A stretch of DNA of 64,000 nt, taken from a virus. Made by a program: the position numbers and the translations under genes. Within the stretch, counting starts at the first letter, position 1, and each line of letters opens with the position of its first letter. The stretch spans positions 168,675-232,674 of IMG/VR virus record IMGVR_UViG_3300033997_000478; one strand, 5' to 3'. Below the pieces are notes generated by a model that saw only the letters and a list, made by a program, of their open reading frames with translations, ran no database searches and was not told the DNA's origin. Positions 22,670 to 32,589 of the stretch are shown here, in pieces.

Positions 22670-23106
22670 AGACCGTCTTCTATCTGGTATGGGGTCAAGG
22701 CGATCAGCTGGAAATCCTCGACCGTAAGGAACCGGACGACAGCTTCACCCACCCCCAAGAGTACGAAGACTGGGACGTCCATGTCCTGATCGCGATCTTC
22801 GGTGAGCAGCGCTTCCGCGCCGCCATCCAGTCGTTGCAAGACTTGCGTATTGTGGATGGACATTACTACGCCCTCCTCTCGCGTAACTTGGCCTTCTACG
22901 ATCTGGGTGCGGTTGACAACTACGACCCCGAAGCACTGGCGGCTGAAGCTCTCAAGCGTCATGCCGGTCCCTACGAACAGAGCGCCACCGTCTTCACCGC
23001 CACTCAGGTCAGTGAGATCCTGCGTATGGGTCTGTACAGCCTGCAATGTCTTGACCAGGAGAAACAGAACGATGCGAGTACGGGAACATCGAGCACTGCT
23101 GGTTGA
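22666..23106 (+). CDS. hypothetical protein
   Basis: ATGA overlap (MKTVFYLVW...). Confidence 0.45.
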   Translation: MKTVFYLVWGQGDQLEILDRKEPDDSFTHPQEYEDWDVHVLIAIFGEQRFRAAIQSLQDLRIVDGHYYALLSRNLAFYDLGAVDNYDPEALAAEALKRHAGPYEQSATVFTATQVSEILRMGLYSLQCLDQEKQNDASTGTSSTAG

Positions 23107-23581
23107 GTCGCTGGAAACGGCGGTTGAGATCGCAGAGAACCGGCCGGCGCTGGTAGCGCACGTCATCAAAACGTGCGCACCGCTGCTGGAGGTGAAGGCT
23201 CGCGACATCAAGGTCAAGCCGTATGGTCCCCACCCCGGTCTAGGTGACCCGGAATGGATCGTCCTCATCGAGGGGTACGGTGTGTTCGGGTTTATTGACC
23301 GTGTGGTTGAACCTGGCCCTTGGCTGACCGAAGGGTTCTACCCGGACCTGCTGGAGCGCTACCGCGAAATCCTACGTGCCGCAGAAGACTGGGTCGGCCC
23401 TGACAAAGCCGGCCGTACCCATCTGCTGTGGATGCTAGATGAACTGGAATGTCGCCACGAACAGAGCCTGACCAAGAAGCATCGTTGGTTGGGTTTCATC
23501 CAAGGGGTGATGATCGATCGCGGTTTGATGACGGTGGACGAAGAGCGCGATCACACGCGCTCTGTTTTCCTCGGGGCCTGA
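23072..23581 (+). CDS. hypothetical protein
   Basis: Internal ATG (MRVREHRALL...). The longer track ORF overlaps the upstream gene out of frame. Confidence 0.45.
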   Translation: MRVREHRALLVESLETAVEIAENRPALVAHVIKTCAPLLEVKARDIKVKPYGPHPGLGDPEWIVLIEGYGVFGFIDRVVEPGPWLTEGFYPDLLERYREILRAAEDWVGPDKAGRTHLLWMLDELECRHEQSLTKKHRWLGFIQGVMIDRGLMTVDEERDHTRSVFLGA

Positions 23582-23609
23582 AAGGCTAATAGTGTGTAGT
23601 TGTTCTGCT

Positions 23610-23642
23610 CTCCGGGCTCATGGCCCGGAGGGTATTATGCTG
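23610..23642 (+). terminator. hairpin (ctccgggc-tcatg-gcccggag) + ggtattatgctg
   Basis: Same stem + TTATGC architecture as the other terminators. A second small hairpin (gtcgat-ttttacg-atcgac) lies at 23643-23661. Confidence 0.45.
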
Positions 23643-23689
23643 TCGATTTTTACGATCGACCCTCATTTTACGCATACAAGGAGATAGCA

Positions 23690-24049
23690 GTGTCCATCAT
23701 TGAAACGGCGTCCATTACGGGCGCTTACGGTGAAGTAATCCGGGTCAACCCACTCTCGCACACGCCGATGGTCGAAGTGCGCGTCACCGTGACTCCCAAG
23801 GGTGCGAGGAAGTCGCTGGACCTGAGCCTGTACTACGGTTTCATCACCAGCCCCCGTAGTGTGGATCTGGACGTGGCGGCGATCGATCTGTTTGAAGACA
23901 TCCGCATCCATGCCTCTGAATGCTTGGCTATCGCCGGCTACAAGCTGCCCAAACCCAAGGATGGCAAGTCCGCGCTGGTGATTGGGTTCACTCAGAAATT
24001 CCGCGACCATCACGCATATTGGCCGCAGGGCCTGAAGGTGCTGGCATAA
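23690..24049 (+). CDS. hypothetical protein (119 aa)
   Basis: GTG start 5 nt after RBS caaggagat. Confidence 0.45.
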   Translation: MSIIETASITGAYGEVIRVNPLSHTPMVEVRVTVTPKGARKSLDLSLYYGFITSPRSVDLDVAAIDLFEDIRIHASECLAIAGYKLPKPKDGKSALVIGFTQKFRDHHAYWPQGLKVLA

Positions 24050-24092
24050 AGTCGCTTCGACACACCTTTTCCGTCAATACCCTGGAAGTACC

Positions 24093-25826
24093 ATGTCCTT
24101 GAAAATCGAACGCCGTCCAGTACCTGACTACGACAAGTCAGCATGGCCCCCCACCACACTCCCGATCATTCGTGACATCTACGCTTCTCGCGGTGTTACC
24201 AAGCCGGAGAGCGTGACCCATGTTCTTTCCAAGATGATCCACTGGAAAGAGCTGGGCGGTATTGTCGAGGCTGCCAAGATCATCGCTCAGGCTATTCGTG
24301 AGCAGTGGTTCATTACGATCTCTGGCGACTACGACTGCGACGGCGCCACCGGTACATCGGTGGCAGTGCTGGGCCTGAAGATGCTCGGGGCTCGCAACGT
24401 CAAGTTCATTGTCCCCAATCGCTTCAAGCACGGCTACGGCCTGAGCCCGGCGTTGGTGGATGACATGGATGAACGCACTCAGTTGATCATCACGGTCGAC
24501 TCGGGTACGTCCAACGTGGACGGTGTGGCACGAGCCAAGGAACTGGGACGCAAGGTGGTCATCACCGACCACCATCTGCAAGGTGAAAAGCTGCCTGATG
24601 CAGATGCCATCGTCAATCCGAATTTGATTGGCGATCCGTTCCCCTCCAAGGCGCTGGCTGGTGTGGGCGTGATGTTCTACGTCCTGCTGGCCACTCGCGC
24701 TTACATGCGTACTCAGGAGCCGGTGACGCAAGCCGAGCCGGATCTGCGCAAGCTGTTGGATCTGGTAGCACTGGGCACGATTGCCGATCTGGTACCGCTG
24801 GATCAGAACAATCGCATCTTGGTCGCTGCGGGTCTGCGGGGCATACGTGCTGGTCAGATCTCTCCGGGATTGAAAGCCCTGATTGAAAAGGCGGGTAAGA
24901 ACATCCGTGAACTGACCGCTACCGACTTCGCCTTTGCCGTGGGCCCACGGTTGAATGCAGCTGGCCGCATGGAAGACATGTCCATCGGCATCACCGCACT
25001 GATCAGTGAAGACCCCGCCCAGATCGATCAGTACGTCGATGAGCTCGAAGAGATTAACTCTCTGCGAAAAGAAAAACAGCAGGAGATGATCGGCGAAGCC
25101 GAGGAGATCTTGGCCGCAGACAGCGAGCTGTTGGGCAAGGGTGTGGTCGTCTACGATCCCAAGTGGCATTCGGGTATCGTCGGTCTGGTAGCCTCCAAGC
25201 TGAAGGAGACCCTGTACCGTCCGGTCATCGCCCTGTCGCCTGCCGAAGAAGGCAGTACCGAACTGCGTGGCTCGGCGCGTTCGATCCCCGGCTTCCACCT
25301 GCGTGATGCACTGGCGGTGGTGGATGCGCGCAATCCTGGCCTGATGAAGAAGTTCGGTGGTCACGCCATGGCCGCTGGCCTGAGCATGCACATCGACAAC
25401 GTGGAGCGCTTCACCAAGGCCTTTGCTGAAGTAGCTGAGGAGTTGATCACTCCGGACATGCTCAGTGCTACGGTCCTGCACGACGGTGAAGTGCCGGAAG
25501 GCTATTTCACTGCCGGCTTTGTCGACTTCCTTAACGAGTGCGGTCCGTGGGGTCAGGGCTTCCCGGCTCCGTTCTTCCAGAACGTGTTTGACGTGGATGT
25601 GGAGTACTGCAAGGTGCTCAACAACCGCATCACTCAGGAACCCACCCACCTGAAGTTGTGTCTGTACGATCCGCGTGATGGTCAGCAGGTCTGGGGAATT
25701 CATTTCTTCTCTGAGTTCCTGGACAACATCCCGACCAAGGCCCGAATCACCTTTGAACTGGCCATTGACACCTACCGTGGCCGCAACGCACAGCTGGTTG
25801 TGCGCCACATCGAACCTTTGGAGTGA
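24093..25826 (+). CDS. recJ: RecJ-like single-stranded-DNA-specific exonuclease (DHH/DHHA1)
   Basis: DHH motifs ISGDYDCDGATG, ITVDSGT and VITDHH, plus the DHHA1 GGH motif (FGGHAMAAG). Size 577 aa. Confidence 0.85.
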   Translation: MSLKIERRPVPDYDKSAWPPTTLPIIRDIYASRGVTKPESVTHVLSKMIHWKELGGIVEAAKIIAQAIREQWFITISGDYDCDGATGTSVAVLGLKMLGARNVKFIVPNRFKHGYGLSPALVDDMDERTQLIITVDSGTSNVDGVARAKELGRKVVITDHHLQGEKLPDADAIVNPNLIGDPFPSKALAGVGVMFYVLLATRAYMRTQEPVTQAEPDLRKLLDLVALGTIADLVPLDQNNRILVAAGLRGIRAGQISPGLKALIEKAGKNIRELTATDFAFAVGPRLNAAGRMEDMSIGITALISEDPAQIDQYVDELEEINSLRKEKQQEMIGEAEEILAADSELLGKGVVVYDPKWHSGIVGLVASKLKETLYRPVIALSPAEEGSTELRGSARSIPGFHLRDALAVVDARNPGLMKKFGGHAMAAGLSMHIDNVERFTKAFAEVAEELITPDMLSATVLHDGEVPEGYFTAGFVDFLNECGPWGQGFPAPFFQNVFDVDVEYCKVLNNRITQEPTHLKLCLYDPRDGQQVWGIHFFSEFLDNIPTKARITFELAIDTYRGRNAQLVVRHIEPLE

Positions 25827-25829
25827 GAG

Positions 25830-26147
25830 ATGCGAAACAAGGAATACCCCTATACCTCCCCGCTGCCGCTGTTCTACGTCGTCGGCGTTGTACTTCTGAT
25901 GGGTGGCGTGCTGCTCAATGCAAGCTGCTCCCGGCAGGTCACCCCGCAGGAACAGGAGGAGCAGTTGCGCGCCGCTCAGGTGGCCCGCGGCGAGACCATC
26001 CCAACCGTGCCTGAGCGCGCGGCATGGGTGGGTCTGAACAAAGACGTTGACAAGTTGGTCGACCCTGACACCGGCAACGTCTGCTATCGCCTCAACGGTG
26101 ACCGGAGCCCCGAACGCCTGCGCTTTGACTGCGTACAGGGGAAGTAA
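25830..26147 (+). CDS. putative lipoprotein or membrane protein
   Basis: Hydrophobic N-terminus LPLFYVVGVVLLMGGVLLNASC with a lipobox-like LNASC. Confidence 0.45.
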   Translation: MRNKEYPYTSPLPLFYVVGVVLLMGGVLLNASCSRQVTPQEQEEQLRAAQVARGETIPTVPERAAWVGLNKDVDKLVDPDTGNVCYRLNGDRSPERLRFDCVQGK

Positions 26148-26149
26148 CC

Positions 26150-26779
26150 ATGGCTTCTTCGGTTTACTTCACCTTCCAGGCACAGCTGAGCAAGGACACA
26201 CCCAAGTGGATCATCGAGGCCATCCAAGCGATGGTCAGCGAAGATGATTCCGATCCGGCGGTGTTGGAAAAGATCATGGATCTCACCCGTAGCGACCTGG
26301 ACAAGTTCTTCAAGCAGCATCGCTGGGAACGTCTGTTGACGCAGCGTGACTGCGCCTGGCCGGAGGACAATGAGGCGCCGCCGACGCGTTTTGATCCGGT
26401 ACTCGACGAAGACGGCAAGCTGGTGCGCTGGGGTCTGTACGGCGCCTCCAGTGTCAAGCGCAACGGCTGGGATCTGGCCTACGAGTTCGCCAACATGATC
26501 GGTCCGTGGTTGGAACCCGAGCACAACCTTGTCGACGTCTCTGAAGGGCGGAAATGTCAGCCGTTCATGCTGGCTCAGGACGATGTGCCCTTCGATGCCG
26601 ATCGTCCCGAACTCACGCTCTACTTCCGTCACGGCATGCGCGCCGTGACGCAGTACCGAGTGCGGGAATACATCGACGACTTCCCGATCCCGACCTGCTG
26701 GGGCGAAGCCCATACGTGGGGTATGGAGAAGTCCAAACCCGTCAGCGTCTTCGACGTGGGCAAACTCGTGACCAACTGA
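26150..26779 (+). CDS. hypothetical protein
   Basis: ATG 3 nt after the upstream stop. Confidence 0.5.
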   Translation: MASSVYFTFQAQLSKDTPKWIIEAIQAMVSEDDSDPAVLEKIMDLTRSDLDKFFKQHRWERLLTQRDCAWPEDNEAPPTRFDPVLDEDGKLVRWGLYGASSVKRNGWDLAYEFANMIGPWLEPEHNLVDVSEGRKCQPFMLAQDDVPFDADRPELTLYFRHGMRAVTQYRVREYIDDFPIPTCWGEAHTWGMEKSKPVSVFDVGKLVTN

Positions 26780-26786
26780 TAAGACC

Positions 26787-27323
26787 ATGAGCGAACAGAC
26801 ATTATCCAACACCCCGCCGCCCATGCCGACAGACGAAACTGATCGGAAGATGTGGTTCTACGTGCTGTCCACGGCCGGCCGTCTACTTCAGCCGCCGCAG
26901 GATGAACTGTGGAGTGACCACGCCAGCGGTTCAAACCACGTCGACATCAACCTACATGGCATCCCACCGCTCTGGCTGCTGCAACGTGGTGGGCTGCAGA
27001 GCTGCGACATCCATCGCACAGTCAGGGCGGTTGACGATCTGGTCCACACCAAGACCTTCACGATCAATACGCCCAACTATCCACGCCGCATCGAGATCCA
27101 ACGCGATCGCGACAAGATGCTGCGGGTGTGGGAGCTTTGGCACGAGCTCGGCCGTAAGCTACACGACTACCTGGCTGAGATCTTCAGTCTGCACACCGAG
27201 CCGGGGCACTGGTATATCCCCTTCAAGCTCACCCTGGAATACAGCGATTACGGCCAGAAGATCGTGGCCGCTGTGCATTATCGCGAAATGAAGCGAGTGG
27301 AGGAAATTGCCAATGTATCTTGA
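26787..27323 (+). CDS. hypothetical protein
   Basis: Tightly packed ORF. Confidence 0.5.
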   Translation: MSEQTLSNTPPPMPTDETDRKMWFYVLSTAGRLLQPPQDELWSDHASGSNHVDINLHGIPPLWLLQRGGLQSCDIHRTVRAVDDLVHTKTFTINTPNYPRRIEIQRDRDKMLRVWELWHELGRKLHDYLAEIFSLHTEPGHWYIPFKLTLEYSDYGQKIVAAVHYREMKRVEEIANVS

Positions 27324-27978
27324 ACAACCCCGCCTGCGTGAGATCACCCTGCTCTCGCTGGACACCACGGCCTTGGAGGTAGCTACGGCTGTCTTCAAGG
27401 ACATTCCGTTCAACGACACGCTGGCCAAGGCCGACGTGATCGTCAAGGCCCGCACCTGCACGCTGGAGAAGCTGCTGGCTACGGAAAGTTTCGATGCCAT
27501 CGCCGCACCGGGCAACAGCTTCGGCCACATGACCGGTGGCTTTGACGGAGCGTTGGCTGCGCAGTACCCCTTCTTGGATAAGCGCGTGCGCGACTACATC
27601 CAAGCGGTGTTCTGCGGGGAGTGCAATGTGGGGCAGGCCTTTGAGGTATCGGCAGACCGCTTTGGTCCTTCGATCATCTACGCCCCGACCATGCGTATCC
27701 CCAAGAAGCTGCCCGACAACAGCGAAGCACCGTACCTAGCCACCTTCGCAATCATGCAGGTGGTGCGTCGGATCAACCTCGGCGCACAAGGCGAGACGAT
27801 GCCGCCGGAAGGCATTAACACCCTGCTGTTGCCGGTGATGGGCATGGGTACCGGTCTGTTGCCGATCACCAAGGTGGCTCGCCAGATGCAGATGGCCATC
27901 GTGCGCGCCCTGGACCACAGCCCGATCGACACCCTGGGTAACATGGGGTATGCGATCGACACCGTCATCAACCGCTGA
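27313..27978 (+). CDS. macro-domain protein (ADP-ribose binding/processing)
   Basis: DAIAAPGNSFGHMTGGFDGALAAQY aligns to the canonical macro motif DAIVNAAN..L.GGGGVDGAIHRAAG. Confidence 0.55.
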   Translation: MYLEQPRLREITLLSLDTTALEVATAVFKDIPFNDTLAKADVIVKARTCTLEKLLATESFDAIAAPGNSFGHMTGGFDGALAAQYPFLDKRVRDYIQAVFCGECNVGQAFEVSADRFGPSIIYAPTMRIPKKLPDNSEAPYLATFAIMQVVRRINLGAQGETMPPEGINTLLLPVMGMGTGLLPITKVARQMQMAIVRALDHSPIDTLGNMGYAIDTVINR

Positions 27979-27988
27979 AGGTCTTTCG

Positions 27989-28243
27989 ATGTCGAAAATG
28001 TCAACGGTACTCGCACTCGTGGTGGGCGGATTGGCGGCGGTGGTTGTGGTGAACGCACGATCTGCGCGCACCGGTTTCTTCTCGGTGGAAAGTCAGGTGC
28101 AGTTTGACGAGACTTACTTCTATCGCCTGATCGACCGCGAACTGGGGACGGTCTGCTACTACCGGCACGCCAGTCGCATGCCGCCGATACCGCTGGGGTG
28201 CGTTAAGTACGCCGAACCCCCGGCCCAACCAAGGAAGCTGTAA
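27989..28243 (+). CDS. small membrane-anchored protein
   Basis: Signal-anchor MSKMSTVLALVVGGLAAVVVV. Confidence 0.4.
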   Translation: MSKMSTVLALVVGGLAAVVVVNARSARTGFFSVESQVQFDETYFYRLIDRELGTVCYYRHASRMPPIPLGCVKYAEPPAQPRKL

Positions 28244-28665
28244 TGGAAGTGGTAGTCAAAGAAACCCCGCCGGTTCGTCAATTCTTGGCCGATTGGTCTA
28301 GGCAGGTCAACCCGAAAGCGTGCTCGCCACTTGCGAAAATGGAACTTCGCATCACCCACGACGTCACGAAGCATGTCGGCAAGTTGGATGAGTGCCTCGC
28401 CAAGTTCAAGAAACCGCGTAACAGTGCGATTGGCCCCTCGTACTCGCGCCTGCTGCGGGGCCTCTACGTGCATGCTCACAAGGGCCGTTCCAAGCGCAAG
28501 CACTGGCGCCCGCGCAAGCCGCTGGAGCTGGTGGAAGTCTACGTACTCGGCAATTCGTACGTGACCGCTCCACCACACACCGTGCACGTCCCCAGTTCGG
28601 GACTGCTAGAAATCAACCACACCTTCACTTTCAAGGATCCCGATGAAATCTCTGCTGAACAGTGA
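28243..28665 (+). CDS. hypothetical basic protein
   Basis: ATGG overlap with the upstream stop. Confidence 0.45.
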   Translation: MEVVVKETPPVRQFLADWSRQVNPKACSPLAKMELRITHDVTKHVGKLDECLAKFKKPRNSAIGPSYSRLLRGLYVHAHKGRSKRKHWRPRKPLELVEVYVLGNSYVTAPPHTVHVPSSGLLEINHTFTFKDPDEISAEQ

Positions 28666-29029
28666 ACCGGTGGATACCCAGTCCACCAAACGCGCCATTC
28701 CGCTGGCGAGTGAACTCAAAGCCAACGGTGTACGGATCAACCCGTGCTTCATCGCCGAAGATGGGAAGCTCGATTTCCTCCCCGGTGCGAACCGGGTCGA
28801 TGAACTGCACAACGATCCGACCTTTGCCAATGAGCCGCTCGTGCTGACCAACCGCAACGGCGCCAGCTACATGGAGTTCGTCAACTCCACCTTCTTCGCC
28901 CTGTGGATCTGGCTCTACCCCGATCTGCAGATTCCCATGGGGCAGGAGCGTGAGAAGCTGCGCGACCACGTCCACATCGCCGCCCAGCTGAAAGCTGCCC
29001 AGCTCGGCCTGAAGCTGTACCTCAGCTGA
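28643..29029 (+). CDS. hypothetical protein
   Basis: Overlaps the upstream gene by 23 nt. Confidence 0.4.
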   Translation: MKSLLNSEPVDTQSTKRAIPLASELKANGVRINPCFIAEDGKLDFLPGANRVDELHNDPTFANEPLVLTNRNGASYMEFVNSTFFALWIWLYPDLQIPMGQEREKLRDHVHIAAQLKAAQLGLKLYLS

Positions 29030-29925
29030 TGCGTATCGGCGCCGGCACACCAGCGCATCTGGCCCAACGCGGGCTGGATGCAAAGCTGTACAACCAGTAC
29101 GGTGAGCTGCGCGGAGCGCTGTTAGCAACGACACGTAATCCTGAAGGTTGTGTTGTCTCTGTCCTTGAAGACGAGCAATACAACCTTCAGGGGATATGCC
29201 TGATCGAAGAAGACGGGCGGATCCAAGTGTTTGTCCGCGAAGAACATCGTGGTAAAGGTTGGGGGCGAAAGTTGGTGCAAATGGCGTGCATCATCTCCCC
29301 TCGACCTCGAAGTGAATTGCAGGCAGGTCCGGGCGATGCCTTTGTCCCGTCGGTGGACTTCTGGCGTCGTGAACAGATTCCAGTCCATGAACCAGATGGG
29401 ATGTTCCTCCTACCTGCTTCGGCCTATCAGGAAATGAAGGCCGGCAACACCCTGCTCCTGCACAAAGCCGCCGATCGCTTGCGGCGTAACACGGTAACTA
29501 CCCTGTACCTGCATGGGGCGTTTGAACGCAACGTGCCGAAGGACTACAACAGCATCAAGAACTGTTTGGCAGAGTTGGAGTTCTTTTTGTCCAACCCCGT
29601 CCTCGACTACACCCAACTGCCTTGCCATTACATCGTTTTTCACATGGGATCAGGATCGTGTGGACCAAGGTTCTACAGCACAGGCATCGCTATCGAACGA
29701 CCCGACAGCAGCATCGAGATCCAGCTGTATGTTGACCCAACCAAGCGCAAACAGGGGATGGGCCAGAAGATCATCGACACGATCAAGGAAGTCTACCCCG
29801 GCCGCACGCTCTGGGGTTATCACACCGACACATCCCGCTCTCTACTGTTGAGTAACGGGATCAAGAACCTGAGGAAAGAGTTAGATGAATATCCAGTACC
29901 CGTCGGAGCTGCAGCCGTTGGCTGA
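29029..29925 (+). CDS. tandem GNAT-family N-acetyltransferase
   Basis: Two GNAT motif-A copies: VFVREEHRGKGWGRKLV and YVDPTKRKQGMGQKIID. Confidence 0.55.
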   Translation: MRIGAGTPAHLAQRGLDAKLYNQYGELRGALLATTRNPEGCVVSVLEDEQYNLQGICLIEEDGRIQVFVREEHRGKGWGRKLVQMACIISPRPRSELQAGPGDAFVPSVDFWRREQIPVHEPDGMFLLPASAYQEMKAGNTLLLHKAADRLRRNTVTTLYLHGAFERNVPKDYNSIKNCLAELEFFLSNPVLDYTQLPCHYIVFHMGSGSCGPRFYSTGIAIERPDSSIEIQLYVDPTKRKQGMGQKIIDTIKEVYPGRTLWGYHTDTSRSLLLSNGIKNLRKELDEYPVPVGAAAVG

Positions 29926-30988
29926 TCAAATCGTACCGATCATCGAGAAGACGATCCAGCACTACGCCGGTGAACGTGGCATGATCCTGGCCGGCTACCC
30001 GCTTTCCCGCGAAGCCTACCACCGCACCCTCACCAACGGCGTGCTGGTCGGTGACGACGAGTGCATCCCCTACGAGATCAAGGTGGATGTCACCACCGGT
30101 AACCGCACCCGCATGTCCTCTTCGGTCGCACGTGACATGATGCAGGCTGAACTGAGCCGACTGCTTCTCAAGCACAAGGTCATCGTGTTGCGCAGTGACC
30201 GCAACGAAGCCAAGGACTGCCGAGACGGAGCGCACTTCTTCCGTCTGGCGTTCATTCCGGCCAAGGTCTTCGCTGAGGCGTTGATCGTCAACTTGAAGCT
30301 CCGCCGTCCGCGCGTGTTCGAGCTCGGCCAGAACCCGCAGTTGTTGCTCGATGACGACGACGCCCGGTTGGACGGGGCGGTCTGGAAGGAAGAAGTCAGT
30401 CCCTACTGGTGGTTGGATCGTCCGTTCCGCTTCGGCCGTGCGGTGCGTGCTCATTTCCACGAGGCCAGTGAAGGTAATGACTGGCAGATGATCCAAGACG
30501 AAGCCAACGTCCTCTTGCGCGACCAAGGCGTGGAGGTGATGCGCCTGTACCGCGACTCGGTGCTGCTGAGTCTGGCCGGTATGTGTCCGGACCTGGTGGA
30601 GGAAGACGTGCGCTGGGCTGCGGCGCAGTGCGACACCGATAACTACGGGCTGGCCGTTCTGGCACCGCATCTGCCCGAGGATGCTCGTGACTTCCTGTTC
30701 GCCTATGCCGAGCACTTCCACACTTGCAGTACGAAGGGTCAATTCCTGAAGGCCATCCGTCTGCGTGGGCTGCCCTACCCGCTGCCCAACCACATCGTCG
30801 ATGACATCATCGAGCACGATCAACCGCTGGGTGTAACCGACCAGTTTGAGATCCAGTTCAAGCTGCTGCACGCCTTCCTCTACGACGACAACTTCAAGCG
30901 AGCCTACAACTTCGACAAGCGCTCGATTCGTCGGCAGTCCCTACACCGCTACGTGGAGTTCCGCAATGCACACGCTCCTTCAGCCTGA
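29885..30988 (+). CDS. hypothetical protein (367 aa)
   Basis: RBS gaggaaagagttagATG. Overlaps the GNAT gene end. Confidence 0.5.
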   Translation: MNIQYPSELQPLADQIVPIIEKTIQHYAGERGMILAGYPLSREAYHRTLTNGVLVGDDECIPYEIKVDVTTGNRTRMSSSVARDMMQAELSRLLLKHKVIVLRSDRNEAKDCRDGAHFFRLAFIPAKVFAEALIVNLKLRRPRVFELGQNPQLLLDDDDARLDGAVWKEEVSPYWWLDRPFRFGRAVRAHFHEASEGNDWQMIQDEANVLLRDQGVEVMRLYRDSVLLSLAGMCPDLVEEDVRWAAAQCDTDNYGLAVLAPHLPEDARDFLFAYAEHFHTCSTKGQFLKAIRLRGLPYPLPNHIVDDIIEHDQPLGVTDQFEIQFKLLHAFLYDDNFKRAYNFDKRSIRRQSLHRYVEFRNAHAPSA

Positions 30989-31556
30989 CGAAGACAACAT
31001 CCGTCGGCAGATCCTGCTGACCCACCCGGAGTTGAACCTGCCGTTTGACTTCCAGCTGGACTACGTTGACCTGACCCATCTGGCGCATGACTTCAACCGA
31101 CATCCTTACGCGGCGTACGTCGAACCGTACTTGATGAATCACATCAACGAACTGGTGCAGACCCGTTGCTTTGATGAGCAGGGTGAGCCGATCGGTTGCA
31201 AGCACATCCACTTGGCCATCAATGTCACCGGGTTCACCCCCTTCATGGTGGCCAATGCGCGCATGCGACTGGAGCCCGGCTACTTCCAGGCTGCGGGTAT
31301 CGGCAGCATCACACTGATCGATAACAACCCCCGGCCGTTCAGCACTCCCGGCCACGCCTACGCCGGCGCTCTGCCGGCACTGCGGGCGATGACTAGTAGT
31401 CGCTGGACCGACACTGAGGGTAGTCTCCTCGGTGAGATGGCGGTGGTCGACACGATCAAGCGCCTACTCGATACCATCGATGACCAACAGCGCCAGCTGG
31501 CACTGAAGGACAACGAGATCGTCGGCATGCGTCAGGTGATCTACAAGGGCCGGTAA
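30966..31556 (+). CDS. hypothetical protein
   Basis: Internal ATG (MHTLLQPDEDN). The upstream part of the track ORF overlaps the previous gene. Confidence 0.45.
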   Translation: MHTLLQPDEDNIRRQILLTHPELNLPFDFQLDYVDLTHLAHDFNRHPYAAYVEPYLMNHINELVQTRCFDEQGEPIGCKHIHLAINVTGFTPFMVANARMRLEPGYFQAAGIGSITLIDNNPRPFSTPGHAYAGALPALRAMTSSRWTDTEGSLLGEMAVVDTIKRLLDTIDDQQRQLALKDNEIVGMRQVIYKGR

Positions 31557-31561
31557 AGTCC

Positions 31562-32521
31562 ATGGAACGACGCAACATAAAAGCCATGCTCCGGGAAATG
31601 GCCTCGCCGCAATGGCAGGCCAAACAACGCGAGCACCACCAATTCAACACACCACCGCCCAAGGAACCACCCGTGTCCCGCAACTACAGCGACAATACCC
31701 CTCCGCACATCCCCGGTTGGCTGATCGCCACCGTCCTGATCCTCGTCTTCATGGTCCTCGCCGTTATCGGCGGCTGCAGCGCTTTCGATCGCGTCAAGAC
31801 CGAAGCCGGCACCGAGACGGTGGTCACCGACACCCCGCTGTTCTTCGGCAAGGGCGGCGTGCGTCCGGAAACCCTCAAGCCGGGCGCCGAGTGGATCTGG
31901 TCCACCACCAAGCGCGACGTGGTCAACCCCAAGCCGGTGATGATCCCGGTCACGATCGATGACTTCGTGTCCGAGGACAACATCCTGTTGGACTTCGACG
32001 CTTCGGTTACTGTGCAGGTCACCAACTGGCCGCTGATGATGAGCCTGTACGGCGAGCAATGGTGGAAGAACAACCTGGAGCGTCCGTACCAGGCCATGGT
32101 TCGCGAGCAGGTCAAGCAGAAGTCCATGAAGGCCATGATGTCCGACGTCACTGCCGCCAAGGAAGTCGACGACAACCTGACCAAGAACCTGACCGACAAG
32201 GTCGCCGAACTGAAGATGCCGGTTCGCATTCTGGAGATCTCGCTGGGCAAGGCCAAACCCAACCCCAAGATCCTGGAACAGATGAACGAAACGGCGGCCC
32301 AGCAGCAACGCCTGCTGACGCTGGAGCAGGCTCGTCTGGCCGAAGTCAAGCGTAAGGAAGAGCAGACCGCCAAGGCCCAAGCCGACAACGCCTACCGCAA
32401 CACCATCGGTCTGAGTGCAGAGGAGTACGTCCGCCTGCAGCTGGCCGACAAGCTCGTTGCCGCCTGCCGCGAGGCCAAGGAATGCGTGCTGGTGCCGCAG
32501 GGCACCAACGTCGTGCGCTGA
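31562..32521 (+). CDS. SPFH/band-7 (stomatin/prohibitin/HflKC-like) membrane protein
   Basis: N-terminal TM anchor WLIATVLILVFMVLAVIGG, then a band-7 core (VMIPVTIDDFVSEDNILLDFDASVTVQV) and a C-terminal coiled coil (AAQQQRLLTLEQARLAEVKRKEEQTAKAQAD). Confidence 0.65.
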   Translation: MERRNIKAMLREMASPQWQAKQREHHQFNTPPPKEPPVSRNYSDNTPPHIPGWLIATVLILVFMVLAVIGGCSAFDRVKTEAGTETVVTDTPLFFGKGGVRPETLKPGAEWIWSTTKRDVVNPKPVMIPVTIDDFVSEDNILLDFDASVTVQVTNWPLMMSLYGEQWWKNNLERPYQAMVREQVKQKSMKAMMSDVTAAKEVDDNLTKNLTDKVAELKMPVRILEISLGKAKPNPKILEQMNETAAQQQRLLTLEQARLAEVKRKEEQTAKAQADNAYRNTIGLSAEEYVRLQLADKLVAACREAKECVLVPQGTNVVR

Positions 32522-32589
32522 TGCCCAGCTGGGCTTTGCACCAGCAGTTCCTGTTTTACCACCAACTACGTTCCAAGGAGCAACCAACG

